The notes under the pieces were generated by a model, which ran no database searches, was not told the DNA's origin, and saw only the letters and a program-made list of their open reading frames with translations. From assembly GCA_002104905.1 (NCBI GenBank), contig MCFE01000568.1:1-57075 (forward strand): 57,075 nt of DNA. The letters are read 5' to 3'. The first letter of the stretch is position 1. Each line of letters begins with the position of its first letter. Of this stretch, positions 13,401 to 27,900 are shown one piece after another. Source of the stretch: Basidiobolus meristosporus CBS 931.73. Lineage: Eukaryota > Fungi > Basidiobolomycota. Position numbers and translations under genes: made by a program.

Positions 13401-16320
13401 GACATGAGAAAGTATATCAAGTGCATCCTTGAGAAATGGTGGAGGGTGACTGAGGCGGAGGATGGGGAGCAGGCCTACCAGATGGCAATTGCAGATCCGC
13501 CAGATCTGATTGTGAGCGATGTGATGATGCCTAACCTTGATGGATATGGTCTGCTGAAGATACTTCGCATACAGCCTCTTACCAAGTTTATTCCAGTGAT
13601 ACTGCTGAGTGCACAAGCTGGTGAGGAGGCACGGGTTGATGGACTAAGTGCCGGAGCGGACGACTACCTTGTGAAGCCATTCAGCGCCAAGGAGCTGGTT
13701 GCCAGAGTACATACTCATCTGGAACTCGGGAAGCTGCGGGTTGAGCTGGAGAGGATGGTGAAGGATCGAACCCAAGAATTAATTGCAAGTGAAATGAGAT
13801 ACAAAATGCTTGCGAAGTTAAGTCCGGTTGGTATATTCAGACTAGATATCAAAGTAAGTATACCACTATATGATATATCAAGAACGATTATGTAACGATT
13901 TTACGTAACCATACTAATGACTTGATATGAAACCAGGGCAATGTAACGTATACGAATGACAAGTGGTGGTGTATATCAGGCCATAATCGAGATATGGATC
14001 CGACTGCTGCCAACTTTTTGACGAGTGTTCATCCTGAAGATCGTGATCGAGCTGATAAATTATGGAAGGAGGCAATAGAGCAATTCACACATTCAATAGT
14101 AGAATTTCGATGGAAATGGGCTAATGGAGAGTCGCGTTGGTGTGTTTGTAAGTATTTATTGGATTTGAACATACGTACATCAACAGTGGCTCATTGTCGT
14201 CTTCACCTCTACATAGGCGAAATGATAGTACAATACGATGAGGACATGAAACCATGCGGCTTTGTTGGTGCGATCACTGATCTCACTGAACGCAAGATAC
14301 TGGAACAAGAACGTCTTTCTGCCGTCAGACTTGCTGAACAGCAACAACGGCATCGCGCTGAAGAAGCTGAGGAGGTGAAGAGGCAGCAGGAACTGTACAT
14401 CGATATGACTTGCCATGAACTGCGTAACCCTCTCAACGGAATCTACCACAGCGCAGACCTGCTGCACGAGTCACTGGAGAAAATGCAGAAGGAGGTTCGC
14501 AAGGAAAGCATAAGGAAAGTGGCCAACTGGCTGGAGAAAGAGATTGAGGATGATCTGGATGTCGTTGACACGATCACACTCTGTGCTCAACACCAAAAGG
14601 TACGGTTCTAATCCATAGGTGATGATGGTGATGATGATAATGATGATGATAGCACTGGAATGAACAGCAGTATGTGAGATTGGGGACTAACGTGAATTCC
14701 ATTTGTATGAACAGAAAATCGCGGACGATGTGTTGCACATGTCGAAGATCAACATGAATCTGTTGGTGCTATCGAAGACCAAATTGCGTCCAGTCAATGT
14801 TGTCACCAATGTGATGCGTATGTTCGAGACCGAGGTGCGGCTAAAGAGGATAGATCTGAGGCTGATTGTAGCAGAAGGGTACAATCGACTGAAGGTGGAC
14901 TGGGTGAAAGGGGATCCCACACGGTTCACCCAGATATTGTAAGTAGACAATCAAATGTCAAATGATGGTGTGTCTAACTTGTTTTACTTCAGAATCAATT
15001 TCTTGACGAATGCTATTCGGTTCACTGAGAAGGCGCCCTTTAGACAAGTAACAGTAACACTGGATGCATCTGATCAAGTACCCTCACAGTCAGCTATTGA
15101 GTCACCAAGTAATGAAAAAGTGCCACAATCAAGTGGAACGGCAACAGATGACAGCGATGGGGGCGCCACCAGCCAATTGACCAAAGATCTAGATGAATGC
15201 GAATCTCCAACTATAGGATCAGACACGATTGACTTTGGAATGGAATGTGTTGGAGGTGAAGGAGCCGATGGACCAGCAGCAGCACATCCTGATGCAGTAT
15301 ATATTGCAGTTGCTATCAAGGATAGCGGGGTCGGAATGACTATTGAAGAACAGGCGAACCTATTCCAACGATTTGCCCAAGCTAACCCTCGAACATATGC
15401 CGAGTTTGGAGGAAGCGGGCTAGGACTGTTTATTAGCAAGCGATTGGTGGAGCTGCATGATGGCAAGATCACTGTGAGATCGAAGAAAGGGGATGGTACA
15501 ACCTTCACTTTCTACCTAAAGTGCGACCGGGTGGATGGTATTGGTGAAGAAATATCTGAAGAACATGTGATTGCGGAAAGCGACCCTAATCCATTGGAAT
15601 TCATGTATACTGAACCTCACAAGCCTCCAGTGGATAATCTATCTAATTCACAGGGTAAGGATCAGCCAAAGAAGAGACCCACTGTTTCCAAAAGAAAAAC
15701 GAAGTTTTCGAAGGTCAAGGACCAGAAAATAGTCTATGCCAAGGAGAAACTGCAATCTTCTGTGTGGGCTCAATCGGGTGATATACAAACTTGTCCAACA
15801 CCTCGGTTGGAGCGTAATCGTAAAGTCATTTCAAGTGAATTGCCTACCACGCTAAGTAACAGTGTTCTGGTTGTGGAGGACAATCTTATCAATCAACGAG
15901 TGCTCAAGCGACAACTGGAGCTAGCGGGATTCTCGGTTGGGGTGGCCAAACACGGTGCTGAAGCGTTAGAGGTGATGAGGAAGGTCGAATATCATCTGAT
16001 TCTAATGGTAAGTCCTTCGCTTGACCTGCGAGAGGTTATTTCATTCTGGCAGTGATTGTTGACCGAATTGGGTGTCATTTGTTCAGGATCTTGAGATGCC
16101 AGTGATGGGTGGACTGGAATGTACCCAACGGATCCGCGAGATAGAGAAATCGACCGGAGAGCAACATGTTCCGATCATCGGAGTGTCGGGGAATGCGCGG
16201 GAAGAGTACAGACGCCTTGCCCTAGCATCAGGAATGACGGACTACGTTATCAAGCCATATGACAAGCAGGCACTCATTGACCTCATCAATACATTTTTAG
16301 CTAGTGTGGGCCCTGTTTGA
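10449..16320 (+). CDS. Dual hybrid histidine kinase copy 1 (HK1); 5' part frameshifted (error or pseudogene)
   Basis: Motifs in order: HisKA SHELRTPL, N-box NLIGNAFKFT, G boxes DTGDGI/GTGIGL, REC LIVSDVMMP..KPF, PAS exon, second HisKA CHELRNPL, NAIRFT, DSGVGM/GSGLGL, second REC LILM|DLEMP..KPY. ATG at 10449 aligns with the paralog starts (MLSLD). At least seven frame disruptions lie at 10545-11940. Confidence 0.9.
14618..14650 (+). repeat. (GAT/GGT)n microsatellite in the intron after HisKA2; present in all five HK copies
   Basis: ggtgatgatggtgatgatgataatgatgatgat. Length variants occur near 21945, 29257, 36367 and 43414. Confidence 0.85.
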
Positions 16321-17093
16321 ATTGCATCTGCATTGTACCATGTAAATAACTAATAGTAGATTGGCGAATATATATAGCTCAGCCTATGAATAAAGAAGAA
16401 GGATATAAATTGTTGGAATGCCCCGTTCACTAGCAAGATATCGCACACTCGGGATTACAACCCTAGATTTCATGAAGATCATCGGGCTATTTGCAGAATA
16501 TTGCAACGAATCAATCAAACTCAAAATCGGTCTTGAACTGGCTGCTTCTTAGCCCGCAAACAAATCATCAAACCTGTAGATTATTTAGATGGTGAGGTAT
16601 ATTGAGATTACCATATAAATTTTGCAGCAACCACCACTAGTCAAGTGAACCAATGCACTCCTAGAATATATGCATTTTCTCCATGTTGGCATTCACACAT
16701 TCCACAACCTCGCTGAAAGAGTTTCTCTCTAGGAATCCGTTTCAATTGGTCATTCCTGGATCATTTTGGTGACAATGTTGTTCAGCACTGGCTCAGACAT
16801 TGTTTATCAGATATGTGGCATTTGTCTAGGGCATTGAGCATTTTCGAGAACCAGCAAATGAACCGAATGGCATGTTGGGTGCTGGTAAATCAACCTGATT
16901 CCTTTCATCAGTGCATGCCGATCTGGTAAAGTGGGGTCTTTTTCGAAAATGGGGTACCAAATAGGAAGGCAAAGTCTTGGGGTTTAACGGGTGTAAGGTG
17001 AGATGAGAATATAGATGGGTCATGTGGAGGATGGGTACTGACCAGCTAGTATATGTAAGTGTATGCTATCATGATCAGGAACAGAATGAACCA
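15860..17093 (+). repeat. ~1.2 kb near-identical duplicated block (REC2, last intron, 3' intergenic DNA); partner at 23161-24394
   Basis: Constant offset of 7301 bp. The spurious ORFs 16826..17023 and 24127..24324 translate identically. Confidence 0.9.
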
Positions 17094-17678
17094 GATGACT
17101 CAAATGGCCCTTCTGTCGCACAGCAAGTTGTTCATTTTACTAAGGTGTTATAAACCGGTCAAATGTTCTTAGCATTTCGAATTTACTCTCCTAATATACC
17201 GGTTTGGAATTCCCCGATTTGGATCACTGTACTACATCAAGCTATGTTTGCCGATTGATATCTCAGAAGCTAGCATTATTGGGAAGTCTAACAGTATCCC
17301 ATCATCATCGGCGCTTCTGTTCATCGCATATGATCTACCAAATCTACGATGGCACTATGAATCTTGCCAAGATTGATCATTTATGGTTTGCTCACTAAAT
17401 TGAAGTTGGGATCACTTACTACACCATGCAATACCCGCAAAAACATCCATATTCAGCAATGAGGGGATTATCTAAGAAACTGACTTGGACACTCCTTCAA
17501 CATAACCTTCATTCACCAACGTATCTAACAGTTTTGGTTTCATACGTATCTGAGCACATCTTCGTTACTATTTCTATTAGTATTCGCGAAGAGATAAGAA
17601 GTATATATACTCATAGAACACCAGAGGTAATACCTATCAATATAATATCCATATTCCCGTCCGGAGCCCTGCAGTACA

Positions 17679-20600
17679 ATGCTCAGCCTGGACGTATTGG
17701 CGATTCCAGCAACCCCGTTGCCTTGCACATTTACCCTTGAAGACTACCTGAACTGCCTGAACAGACCTGCGCTACTTCTTAGCTACAGTCCCCCCGAAAA
17801 CGCAGCCCTACCTCCTGTCGTCACCATACTCTATGCTAACGACTACTTTCTGACTTTGTGTGGTGCAAAAAATGTGCCGATATTATCCGACCGGCTAAAA
17901 GAGCTCATGAGCCCTATGGACCAAACACGCTTCCTTACCTGGCTTCAGAGAGTGAACTCCAACGAGCTCTCCGACCGAGACACCTGCACTATTCACATAT
18001 CCGAAAAGCAACCTGTGCTGGCGCTTGACATAGAAAACACTAAGCAGAAGAGTGAAGAGTTTCAAGTGGAGGTGAAGCTTGAGTGGGATGGGGTCAGTAT
18101 CAGCAACGAAGCAGTTGTCTTGACAGCGACGGTTGTTGCTAAGGACGGGCCGGAAGTCACAACAGGAGGGGCGGTTAGCTCGAGTGAAAGATCGATGGAA
18201 CAAACCTCCACCGATATAGCTGCGGATGAGGAGGATGATTGGCAGAAAGTACCACAGGTAGGCTTAACATTCCCATCATGAGTGATTTGGTACACGTGAG
18301 GTAGGCTGCTAAACAGCAACTTTTCATGAAGCTGACAAGCACCCTCTCAGGCGGAGGGGCCATGGGGGAGATGCTACGTAACTACGATTGGAACAACTCA
18401 TCGTTGGGGCCAGTCACCAAGTGGCCCCAGTCCTTGCTCTCAGCAGTGTCCTTGTGCATGGCATCCACACTTCCTATGGCAGTGTGGTGGGGTCCGCGGT
18501 TCACGATCATATAGTAAGTAGTGGTCAACCATATACATCGGTACGGTTGTATGCTGACCATGCATAGCCACCGCCACTGGTGGTCACAGATGGACTAACG
18601 ACGAGATTTTGTGTAGCAATGATGGATATTGTGGTGCGGCAGGACAAAAGCACCCTGCAATGTTTGGCCAAGAAGGGCCGGTGCATTGGGAGGAGCTCTG
18701 GGAAGGCATAGGACCGTCTGCAGAACTAGCAATGCAGGGGACAAACTCATACGTGGAGGATGATTTGTTATTCATGACCAGGAGAGGTTATCTTGAGGAG
18801 ACGTACAATACGGTGAGTAAGTGTGATACGCTGAATGGGAGAGAGAGAAGCAGGAGAGTTGAGAAGCGGTACTAAATGAACTGAATGTAGTGGTCATATA
18901 TACCGATCAGACAGGAGGACGGCACAGTAGGAGGATTCCTCAATCCATACATCGAGGTGACCGAGCGAATCCTTGCCGAGCGTAGGCTCAAAACGCTCCG
19001 AGATTTCAATTCGGAGATCAACCTAGCCAAAGACGCCAGAGAGGTGTTCGACTCCATAGGAAAAGTGCTTTCAGAGAACCCGTACGACGTCCCATTTGCT
19101 GCACTCTACACACACATGGCCCTTGATAATGATGAGATCGAGGAGTCCTACGACGAGGCAAGCAGCACCAACACTAAATTGGATTCGTTGCACCTGGTTC
19201 AGACGGTTGGAATGCCTGAGGATCACCCATCCATATTCTCTTCCATTAGGCTTGCACCAGCATTCCATGCGAACCCTGTCCAGGATGCAATGAGGCTTGC
19301 ATACGAAAGCAAGAAAATTGTGAAGATCAAGTTGGGCGAATGGTTTGGGGAGGTGCCAATTCGCGGGTGGGACACTGCGGCTAGGGAATTGATAGCCAGT
19401 CCGATCATGGGGAGCAACAAGGATGGAGTGCTAGGGGTGTTGGTGATGGGGCTCAACGCCAGAACCGAGTACGATGAGAACTACAAGACTTTTATTGATC
19501 TTGTTTGTCGGCAAACTGGATCAGCAATCATCAACATCAGCGCATACGAGGAGGAGATGCGAAGATTCAAGGAGCTGGCAGCAATTGACCGGGCCAAGAC
19601 AGCATTCTTCAGCTCAGTTTCTCACGAGCTCCGCACACCGCTCACCTTGATTCTGGGACCAGTGAAAGACATGCTGCTGGAGAGGGACCTGGCACCGGAG
19701 ACGAAGACCAAGCTCACATACATGAACCGGAATGCAGAGCGGCTACTGAGACTAGTGAATCTACTATTGGACTTCAGCAAAATCGAAGCGGGAAGGATGC
19801 AGGTAAGTGGCAGTATTGGCCATGATGTTGGAGTGAATTGAATAAGTGAGGAGTGATGAGTGAACTGTGCGAGCGAGTACTAACTTGGAAACATGATCAT
19901 GTTATAGGCCACATTCCACGAAACGAATCTAGGCAAGTTCACAGCCGACCTAGCAAGCATGTTCCGATCCGCGATCGAGAAAGGCGGAGTCCAGTTCGAG
20001 GTGGACTGCGAGAGGATGGAAAGGAATGTATGGGTTGACCGGGACATGTGGGAGAAGATCGTGTTCAACCTGATCGGGAATGCATTCAAATTCACGATGA
20101 AAGGGTCGATCACAGTGAAGTTGGCGTCATCTGAGGATGACAGCCATGCGATACTCTCGGTGGCAGACACCGGAGACGGGATCCCGAGTCATGAGATCAT
20201 GCGAGTGTTTGAGCGGTTCCACCGAGTCGAGGGGCGAAGAGGACGCAGCCATGAAGGGACAGGAATTGGACTTGCGCTGACCCAGGAGCTTGCCAAGTTG
20301 CATGGTGGCACAGTAAGAGTGACTAGTGAGTTTGGCAAAGGAAGGTGAGTGGGATTCAGCACTTTGAGTGCATGGCTCATGGGATCCTACGTGAGACAGT
20401 TGTTGGAATGAAGTTGCTAACAAGGTGCCGACTCATATTTCTTTAGCACATTCACAGTCCACATTCCACTTGGATGCAGCCATTTATCTCAGGACCGGCT
20501 GGTTGAAGCTTCAGAAGTGAAAGACAATGATGCTGAAATGGATATGCCAAGTCGCTATGGACAGTCGTTTGTCGAAGAAGCAAGAAACTGGCTTCCGTCA

Positions 20601-23600
20601 TCGGATGAGGACAGCACAGAGTATCGCTCGAACACATCAAGTACCGACTCAAATGCTGGTGGCTCAGTCACCTTCCCAGTTGTCAGCCGTGGTTGCCGCG
20701 TACTTCTCGTGGATGACAATGTGGACATGAGAAAGTATATCAAGTGCATCCTTGAGAAATGGTGGAGAGTGACTGAGGCGGAGGATGGGGAGCAGGCCTA
20801 CCAGATGGCAATTACAGATCCGCCAGATCTGATTGTGAGTGATGTGATGATGCCCAACCTTGATGGATATGGTCTGTTGAAGCTGCTTCGTACTCAGCCT
20901 CTCACCAAATTCGTCCCATTGATACTGCTGAGTGCACAAGCTGGTGAGGAGGCACGGGTTGATGGACTAAGTGCTGGAGCGGACGACTACCTTGTGAAGC
21001 CATTCAGCGCCAAGGAGCTGGTTGCCAGAATACATACTCATCTGGAACTCGGGAAGCTGCGGGTTGAGCTGGAGAGGATGGTGAAGGAGAGAACCAAGGA
21101 ACTCATTGCCAGCGAAGCCAGATACAAGACATTGACCAAACTCAGTCCGGTTGGGATATTCAGAACCGATCTCGAGGTAATTACTAGCTGGTTATGTTAA
21201 GTGATATTACAGAGTTGTCGTAAAACTTGAAATGTATTGGATTTCACGGCTCGATTTCTAATTTGCTACTTATTATAGGGAAATATCACCTACACAAATG
21301 ACAAATGGTGGAGTATCTCGGGTCATAACAGGGAAACAGATCCAAGTGCTGCAGATATCTTGTCAAGTATTCATATTGAAGATAGGGATTATGTCGATGA
21401 AGTGTGGAAGAAAGCTATAAAGACCCAAACAAATGCATCTGTTGAATTTAGATGGAAGTGGGCTAATGGAGAACCTCATTGGTGCCTTAGTAAGTGAATA
21501 CTATCCCAAATAGCAAATATATCAATTACTGACCTCTCACCAGGTGAGATTATAGTCGAATATAATAATGAGATGAAGCCATGTGGTTTTGTTGGTGCCC
21601 TTACGGATCTCACTGAGCGCAAGATACTGGAACAAGAACGTCTTTCTGCCGTCAGACTTGCTGAACAGCAACAACGGCATCGCGCTGAAGAAGCTGAGGA
21701 GGTGAAGAGGCAGCAGGAACTGTACATCGATATGACTTGCCATGAACTGCGTAACCCTCTCAACGGAATCTACCACAGCGCAGACCTACTGCATGAGTCA
21801 CTGGAGAAAATGCAGAAAGAGGTTCGTCAGGAAAGCATAAGGAAAGTGGCCAACTGGCTGGAGAAAGAGATTGAGGATGATCTGGATGTCGTTGACACGA
21901 TCACACTCTGTGCTCAACACCAAAAGGTACGGTTCTAATCCATAGGTGATGATGGTGATGATGATAATGATGATGATAGCACTGGAATGAACAGCAGTAT
22001 GCGAGATTGGGGACTAACGTGAATTCCATTTGTATGAACAGAAAATCGCGGACGATGTGTTGCACATGTCGAAGATCAATATGAATCTGCTGGTACTGTC
22101 GAAGACCAAGCTACGTCCTATCGAAGTTGTCACGAATGTGATTCGAATGTTCGAGACCGAGGTGCGCCTAAAGGAGATAGATTTGAAGTTTGTTTTGGCT
22201 GAAGGGTACACTCGCATGAAGGTGGACTGGGTGAAAGGGGACCCTACACGGTTCACACAAATACTGTAGGTTGACATACCCAGCAGTGTGTGACAATGGG
22301 CTAACACCTTTTGCCTTGGTTCAATTTAGCATCAACTTTATGACGAATGCGATTCGGTTCACGGAGAGAGTTCCATTTAGACAAGTAACAGTCACCCTCG
22401 ATGCTGCTGACAAAGTGCCGTCACAACCAGCTGTTGGGACATTGCGCAATTCCACGATGGTGTCATCAGGTGTAGAAGATGTCAGTCAAAGCCCGAATAG
22501 TAACTCCGATAATGAGAGTGTATCACCTGTTACGGAACCCGACACAGTTGACTTTGGAATGGACTTTACTGAAAGTCAAGGAGGTGATGGACCAACAGCC
22601 GCACACCTAGACGGATTATACATCGCAGTTGCCATTAAGGATAGTGGTGTTGGAATGACAACCGATGAGCAGACGAACCTGTTCAAGCGGTTTGCCCAAG
22701 CCAACCCTCGAACATATGCCGAGTTTGGAGGAAGTGGGCTAGGGCTGTTTATTAGCAAGCGATTGGTGGAGCTGCATGATGGCAAGATCACTGTGAGATC
22801 GAAGAAAGGGGATGGTACAACCTTCACTTTCTACCTGAAGTGTGATCGAGTGGATGTCATTGAAGAGGGGATAGCTGAAGGATGTCCAGGGGCTGAGAGC
22901 AGCCCTGATCCAGTGGAGAAGATGTACACAGAACCGCACAAGCCACCGGTAAACAGCCTACCGACCACTGAAGAGCAGAAGAGCAAGGCAAAGAAGAAAG
23001 CGACTACACTCAAAGCAAAGAAGAAAAGCTCGAAGGCTCGAGATGAGAAGGCGGAATGTTCAGTGTGGAGACGATCTGGTGAGAAGGGGAACAACCCCTT
23101 AACCTATTTGGAGAGTAAATGCAAGATTGGCAACACAAATGCAGCCACCATACCAAGCCACAGTGTTCTGGTTGTGGAGGACAATCTTATCAATCAGCGA
23201 GTGCTCAAGCGACAACTGGAGCTAGCGGGATTCTCGGTTGGGGTGGCCAAACACGGTGCTGAAGCGTTAGAGGTGATGAGGAAGGTCGACTATCATCTGA
23301 TTCTAATGGTAAGTCCTTCGCTTGACCTGCGAGAGGTTATTTCATTCTGGCAGTGATTGTTGACCGAATTGGGTGTCATTTGTGCAGGATCTTGAGATGC
23401 CAGTGATGGGTGGACTGGAATGTACCCAACGGATCCGCGAGATAGAGAAATCGACCGGAGAGCAACATGTTCCGATCATCGGAGTGTCGGGGAATGCGCG
23501 GGAAGAGTACAGACGCCTTGCCCTAGCATCAGGAATGACGGACTACGTTATCAAGCCATATGACAAGCAGGCACTCATTGACCTCATCAATACATTTTTA

Positions 23601-23621
23601 GCTAGTGTGGGCCCTGTTTGA
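17679..23621 (+). CDS. Dual hybrid histidine kinase copy 2 (HK2), multi-exon
   Basis: Same domain order and intact phospho-motifs as HK1 (SHELRTPL, SDVMMP, CHELRNPL, DLEMP). Exons join in frame by GT-AG. Confidence 0.93.
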
Positions 23622-24982
23622 ATTGCATCTGCATTGTACCATGTAAATAACTAATAGTAGATTGGCGAATATATATAGCTCAGCCTATGAATAAAGAAGA
23701 AGGATATGAATTGTTGGAATGCCCCGTTCACTAGCAAGATCTCGCACACTCGGGGTTACAACCCTAGATTTCATGAAGATCATCGGGCCATTTGCAGAAT
23801 ATTGCAACGAATCAATCAAACTCAAAATCGGTCTTGAACTGGCTGCTTCTTAGCCCGCAAACAAATCATCAAACCTGTAGATTATTTAGATGGTGAGGTA
23901 TATTGAGATTACCATATAAATTTTGCAGCAACCACCACTAGTCAAGTGAACAAATGCACTCCTAGAATATATGCATTTTCTCCATGTTGGCATTCACACA
24001 TTCCACAACCTCGCTGAAAGAGTTTCTCTCTAGGAATCCGTTTCAATTGGTCATTCCTGGATCATTTTGGTGACAATGTTGTTCAGCACTGGCTCAGACA
24101 TTGTTTATCAGATATGTGGCATTTGTCTAGGGCATTGAGCATTTTCGAGAACCAGCAAATGAACCGAATGGCATGTTGGGTGCTGGTAAATCAACCTGAT
24201 TCCTTTCATCAGTGCATGCCGATCTGGTAAAGTGGGGTCTTTTTCGAAAATGGGGTACCAAATAGGAAGGCAAAGTCTTGGGGTTTAACGGGTGTAAGGT
24301 GAGATGAGAATATAGATGGGTCATGTGGAGGATGGGTACTGACCAGCTAGTATATGTAAGTGTATGCTATCATGATCAGGAGCAGAATGAACCAAATGGC
24401 ACAAATGGTCCTTTTTCATACAATAGGCCGTTCGCGGGAGAACTGTCGGTTGTGCAGATGATGAACCAACCACAAGTAGTTCGCATCTCACATCTGATAC
24501 TTCCTATGTGCTAATTTGGAATTTCCCAATTGGGATAACTGCAGAATATCGAAACAAATTCACCGATTGATATCAGCTGCTAGCATTATTGGGAAGTCTA
24601 ACAGTATCCCGTCATCATCGGTGTTTCTGTTCATCGCATATGATCTATCAAATCTACGATGGTTCTAAGGTGCTTGACTAAATTGGATTTCTGTGGTTTG
24701 CTCACTAAATTGAAGTTGGGATCAGTTACTATACAAGGAAATGCTCACTTGATGTGTCTATATTCAGTATTAAGGTTATTATCTAATCCACTAAAGTGGA
24801 TCCTCCTCTCGCTCAATTAACTGCTAACTCTATCATAAATTGTGTTTCTTCAATATCTATTCCGTTTCTTCTGGAAGCAAACTTCTGCCGGTTATTTCAT
24901 TCGTTTTCCTGGAGACAAGAAGTATAATTAGCCATAATTCTATCATAGTTCTAGTCCAGAGCATTGTGACAGAACGCCGACT

Positions 24983-27900
24983 ATGGATGTACTAACAGTG
25001 CCGACAACTCCGTTGCCTTGCACATTTACCCTTGAAGACTACCTGAACTGCCTGAACAGACCTGCGCTACTTCTTAGCTACAGTCCCCCCGCAAACGCAG
25101 CCCTACCTCCTGTCGTCACCATACTCTATGCTAACGACTACTTTCTGACTTTGTGTGGTGCAAAAAATGTGCCGATATTATCCGACCGGCTAAAAGAGCT
25201 CATGAGCCCTATGGACCAAACACGCTTCCTTACCTGGCTTCAGAGAGTGAACTCCAACGAGCTCTCCGACCGAGACACCTGCACTATTCACATATCCGAA
25301 AAGCAACCTGTGCTGGCGCTTGACATAGAAAACACTAAGCAGAAGAGTGAAGAGTTTCAAGTGGAGGTGAAGCTTGAGTGGGATGGGGTCAGTATCAGCA
25401 ACGAAGCAGTTGTCTTGACAGCGACGGTTGTTGCTAAGGACGGGCCGGAAGTCACAACAGGGGGGGCGGTTAGCTCGAGTGAAAGATCGATGGAACAAAC
25501 CTCCACCGATATAGCTGCGGATGAGGAGGATGATTGGCAGAAAGTACCACAGGTAGGCTTAACATTCCCATCATGAGTGATTTGGTACACGTGAGGTAGG
25601 CTGCTAAACAGCAACTTTTCATGAAGCTGACAAGCACCCTCTCAGGCGGAGGGGCCATGGGGGAGATGCTACGTAACTACGATTGGAACAACTCATCGTT
25701 GGGGCCAGTCACCAAGTGGCCCCAGTCCTTGCTCTCAGCAGTGTCCTTGTGCATGGCATCTACACTTCCTATGGCAGTGTGGTGGGGTCCGCGGTTCACG
25801 ATCATATAGTAAGTAGTGGTCAACCATATACATCGGTACGGTTGTATGCTGACCATGCATAGCCACCGCCACTGGTGGTCACAGATGGACTAACGACGAG
25901 ATTTTGTGTAGCAATGATGGGTATTGTGGTGCGGCAGGACAAAAGCACCCTGCAATGTTTGGCCAAGAAGGGCCGGTGCATTGGGAGGAGCTCTGGGAAG
26001 GCATAGGACCGTCTGCAGAACTAGCAATGCAGGGGACAAACTCATACGTGGAGGATGATTTGTTGCTCATGACCAGGAGAGGTTATCTTGAGGAGACGTA
26101 CATCACGGTGAGTGAGTGCGATGCGATGAATTGGGGAGAGAGAAGGAGGAGAGTTGAGAAGCGGTACTAAATGAACTGAATGTAGTGGTCATATATACCG
26201 ATCAGACAGGAGGACGGCACAGTAGGAGGATTCCTCAATCCATACATCGAGGTGACCGAGCGAATCCTTGCCGAGCGTAGGCTCAAAACGCTCCGAGATT
26301 TCAATTCGGAGATCAACCTAGCCAAAGACGCCAGAGAGGTGTTCGACTCCATAGGAAAAGTGCTTTCAGAGAACCCGTACGACGTCCCATTTGCTGCACT
26401 CTACACACACATGGCCCTTGATAGTGATGAGATCGAGGAGTCCTACGACGAGGCAAGCAGCACCAACACTAAATTGGATTCGTTGCACCTGGTTCAGACG
26501 GTTGGAATGCCTGAGGATCACCCATCCATATTCTCTTCCATTAGGCTTGCACCAGCATTCCATGCGAACCCTGTCCAGGATGCAATGAGGCTTGCATACG
26601 AAAGCAAGAAAATTGTGAAGATCAAGTTGGGCGAATGGTTTGGGGAGGTGCCAATTCGCGGGTGGGACACTGCGGCTAGGGAATTGATAGCCAGTCCGAT
26701 CATGGGGAGCAACAAGGATGGAGTGCTAGGGGTGTTGGTGATGGGGCTCAACGCCAGAACCGAGTACGATGAGAACTACAAGACTTTTATTGATCTTGTT
26801 TGTCGGCAAACTGGATCAGCAATCATCAACATCAGCGCATACGAGGAGGAGATGCGAAGATTCAAGGAGCTGGCAGCAATTGACCGGGCCAAGACAGCAT
26901 TCTTCAGCTCAGTTTCTCATGAGCTCCGCACACCGCTCACCTTGATTCTGGGACCAGTAAAAGACATGCTGCTGGAGAGGGACCTGGCACCGGAGACGAA
27001 GACCAAGCTCACATACATGAACCGGAATGCAGAGCGGCTACTGAGACTAGTGAATCTACTATTGGACTTCAGCAAAATCGAAGCGGGAAGGATGCAGGTA
27101 AGTGGCAGTATTGGCCATGATGTTGGAGTGGATTGAATAAGTGAGGAGTGATGAGTGAACTGTGCGAGCGAGTACTAACTTGGAAACATGATCATGTTAT
27201 AGGCCACATTCCACGAAACGAATCTAGGCAAGTTCACAGCCGACCTAGCAAGCATGTTCCGATCCGCGATCGAGAAAGGCGGAGTCCAGTTCGAGGTGGA
27301 CTGCGAGAGGATGGAAAGGAATGTATGGGTTGACCGGGACATGTGGGAGAAGATCGTGTTCAACCTGATCGGCAATGCATTCAAATTCACGATGAAAGGG
27401 TCGATCACAGTGAAGTTGGCGTCATCTGAGGATGACAGCCATGCGATACTCTCGGTGGCAGACACTGGAGACGGGATCCCGAGTCATGAGATCATGCGAG
27501 TGTTTGAGCGGTTCCACCGAGTCGAGGGGCGAAGAGGACGCAGCCATGAAGGGACAGGAATTGGACTTGCGCTGACCCAGGAGCTTGCCAAGTTGCATGG
27601 TGGCACAGTTGGAGTGACTAGTGAGTTTGGCAAAGGAAGGTGAGTGAAATTCAGCACTTTGAGTGCATGGCTCATGGGATCCTACGTGAGACGATTGTTG
27701 GAATGAAGTTGCTAACAAGGTGCCGACTCATATTTCTTTAGCACATTCACAGTCCACATTCCACTTGGATGCAGCCATTTATCTCAGGACCGGCTGGTTG
27801 AAGCTTCAGAAGTGAAAGACAATGATGCTGAAATGGATATGCCAAGTCGCTATGGACAGTCGTTTGTCGAAGAAGCAAGAAACTGGCTTCCGTCATCGGA

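Noticed and set aside
16826-17023. 65-aa minus-strand ORF repeated identically at 24127..24324
   Set aside because: The identity is explained by the recent block duplication, and the ORF has no coding signature.
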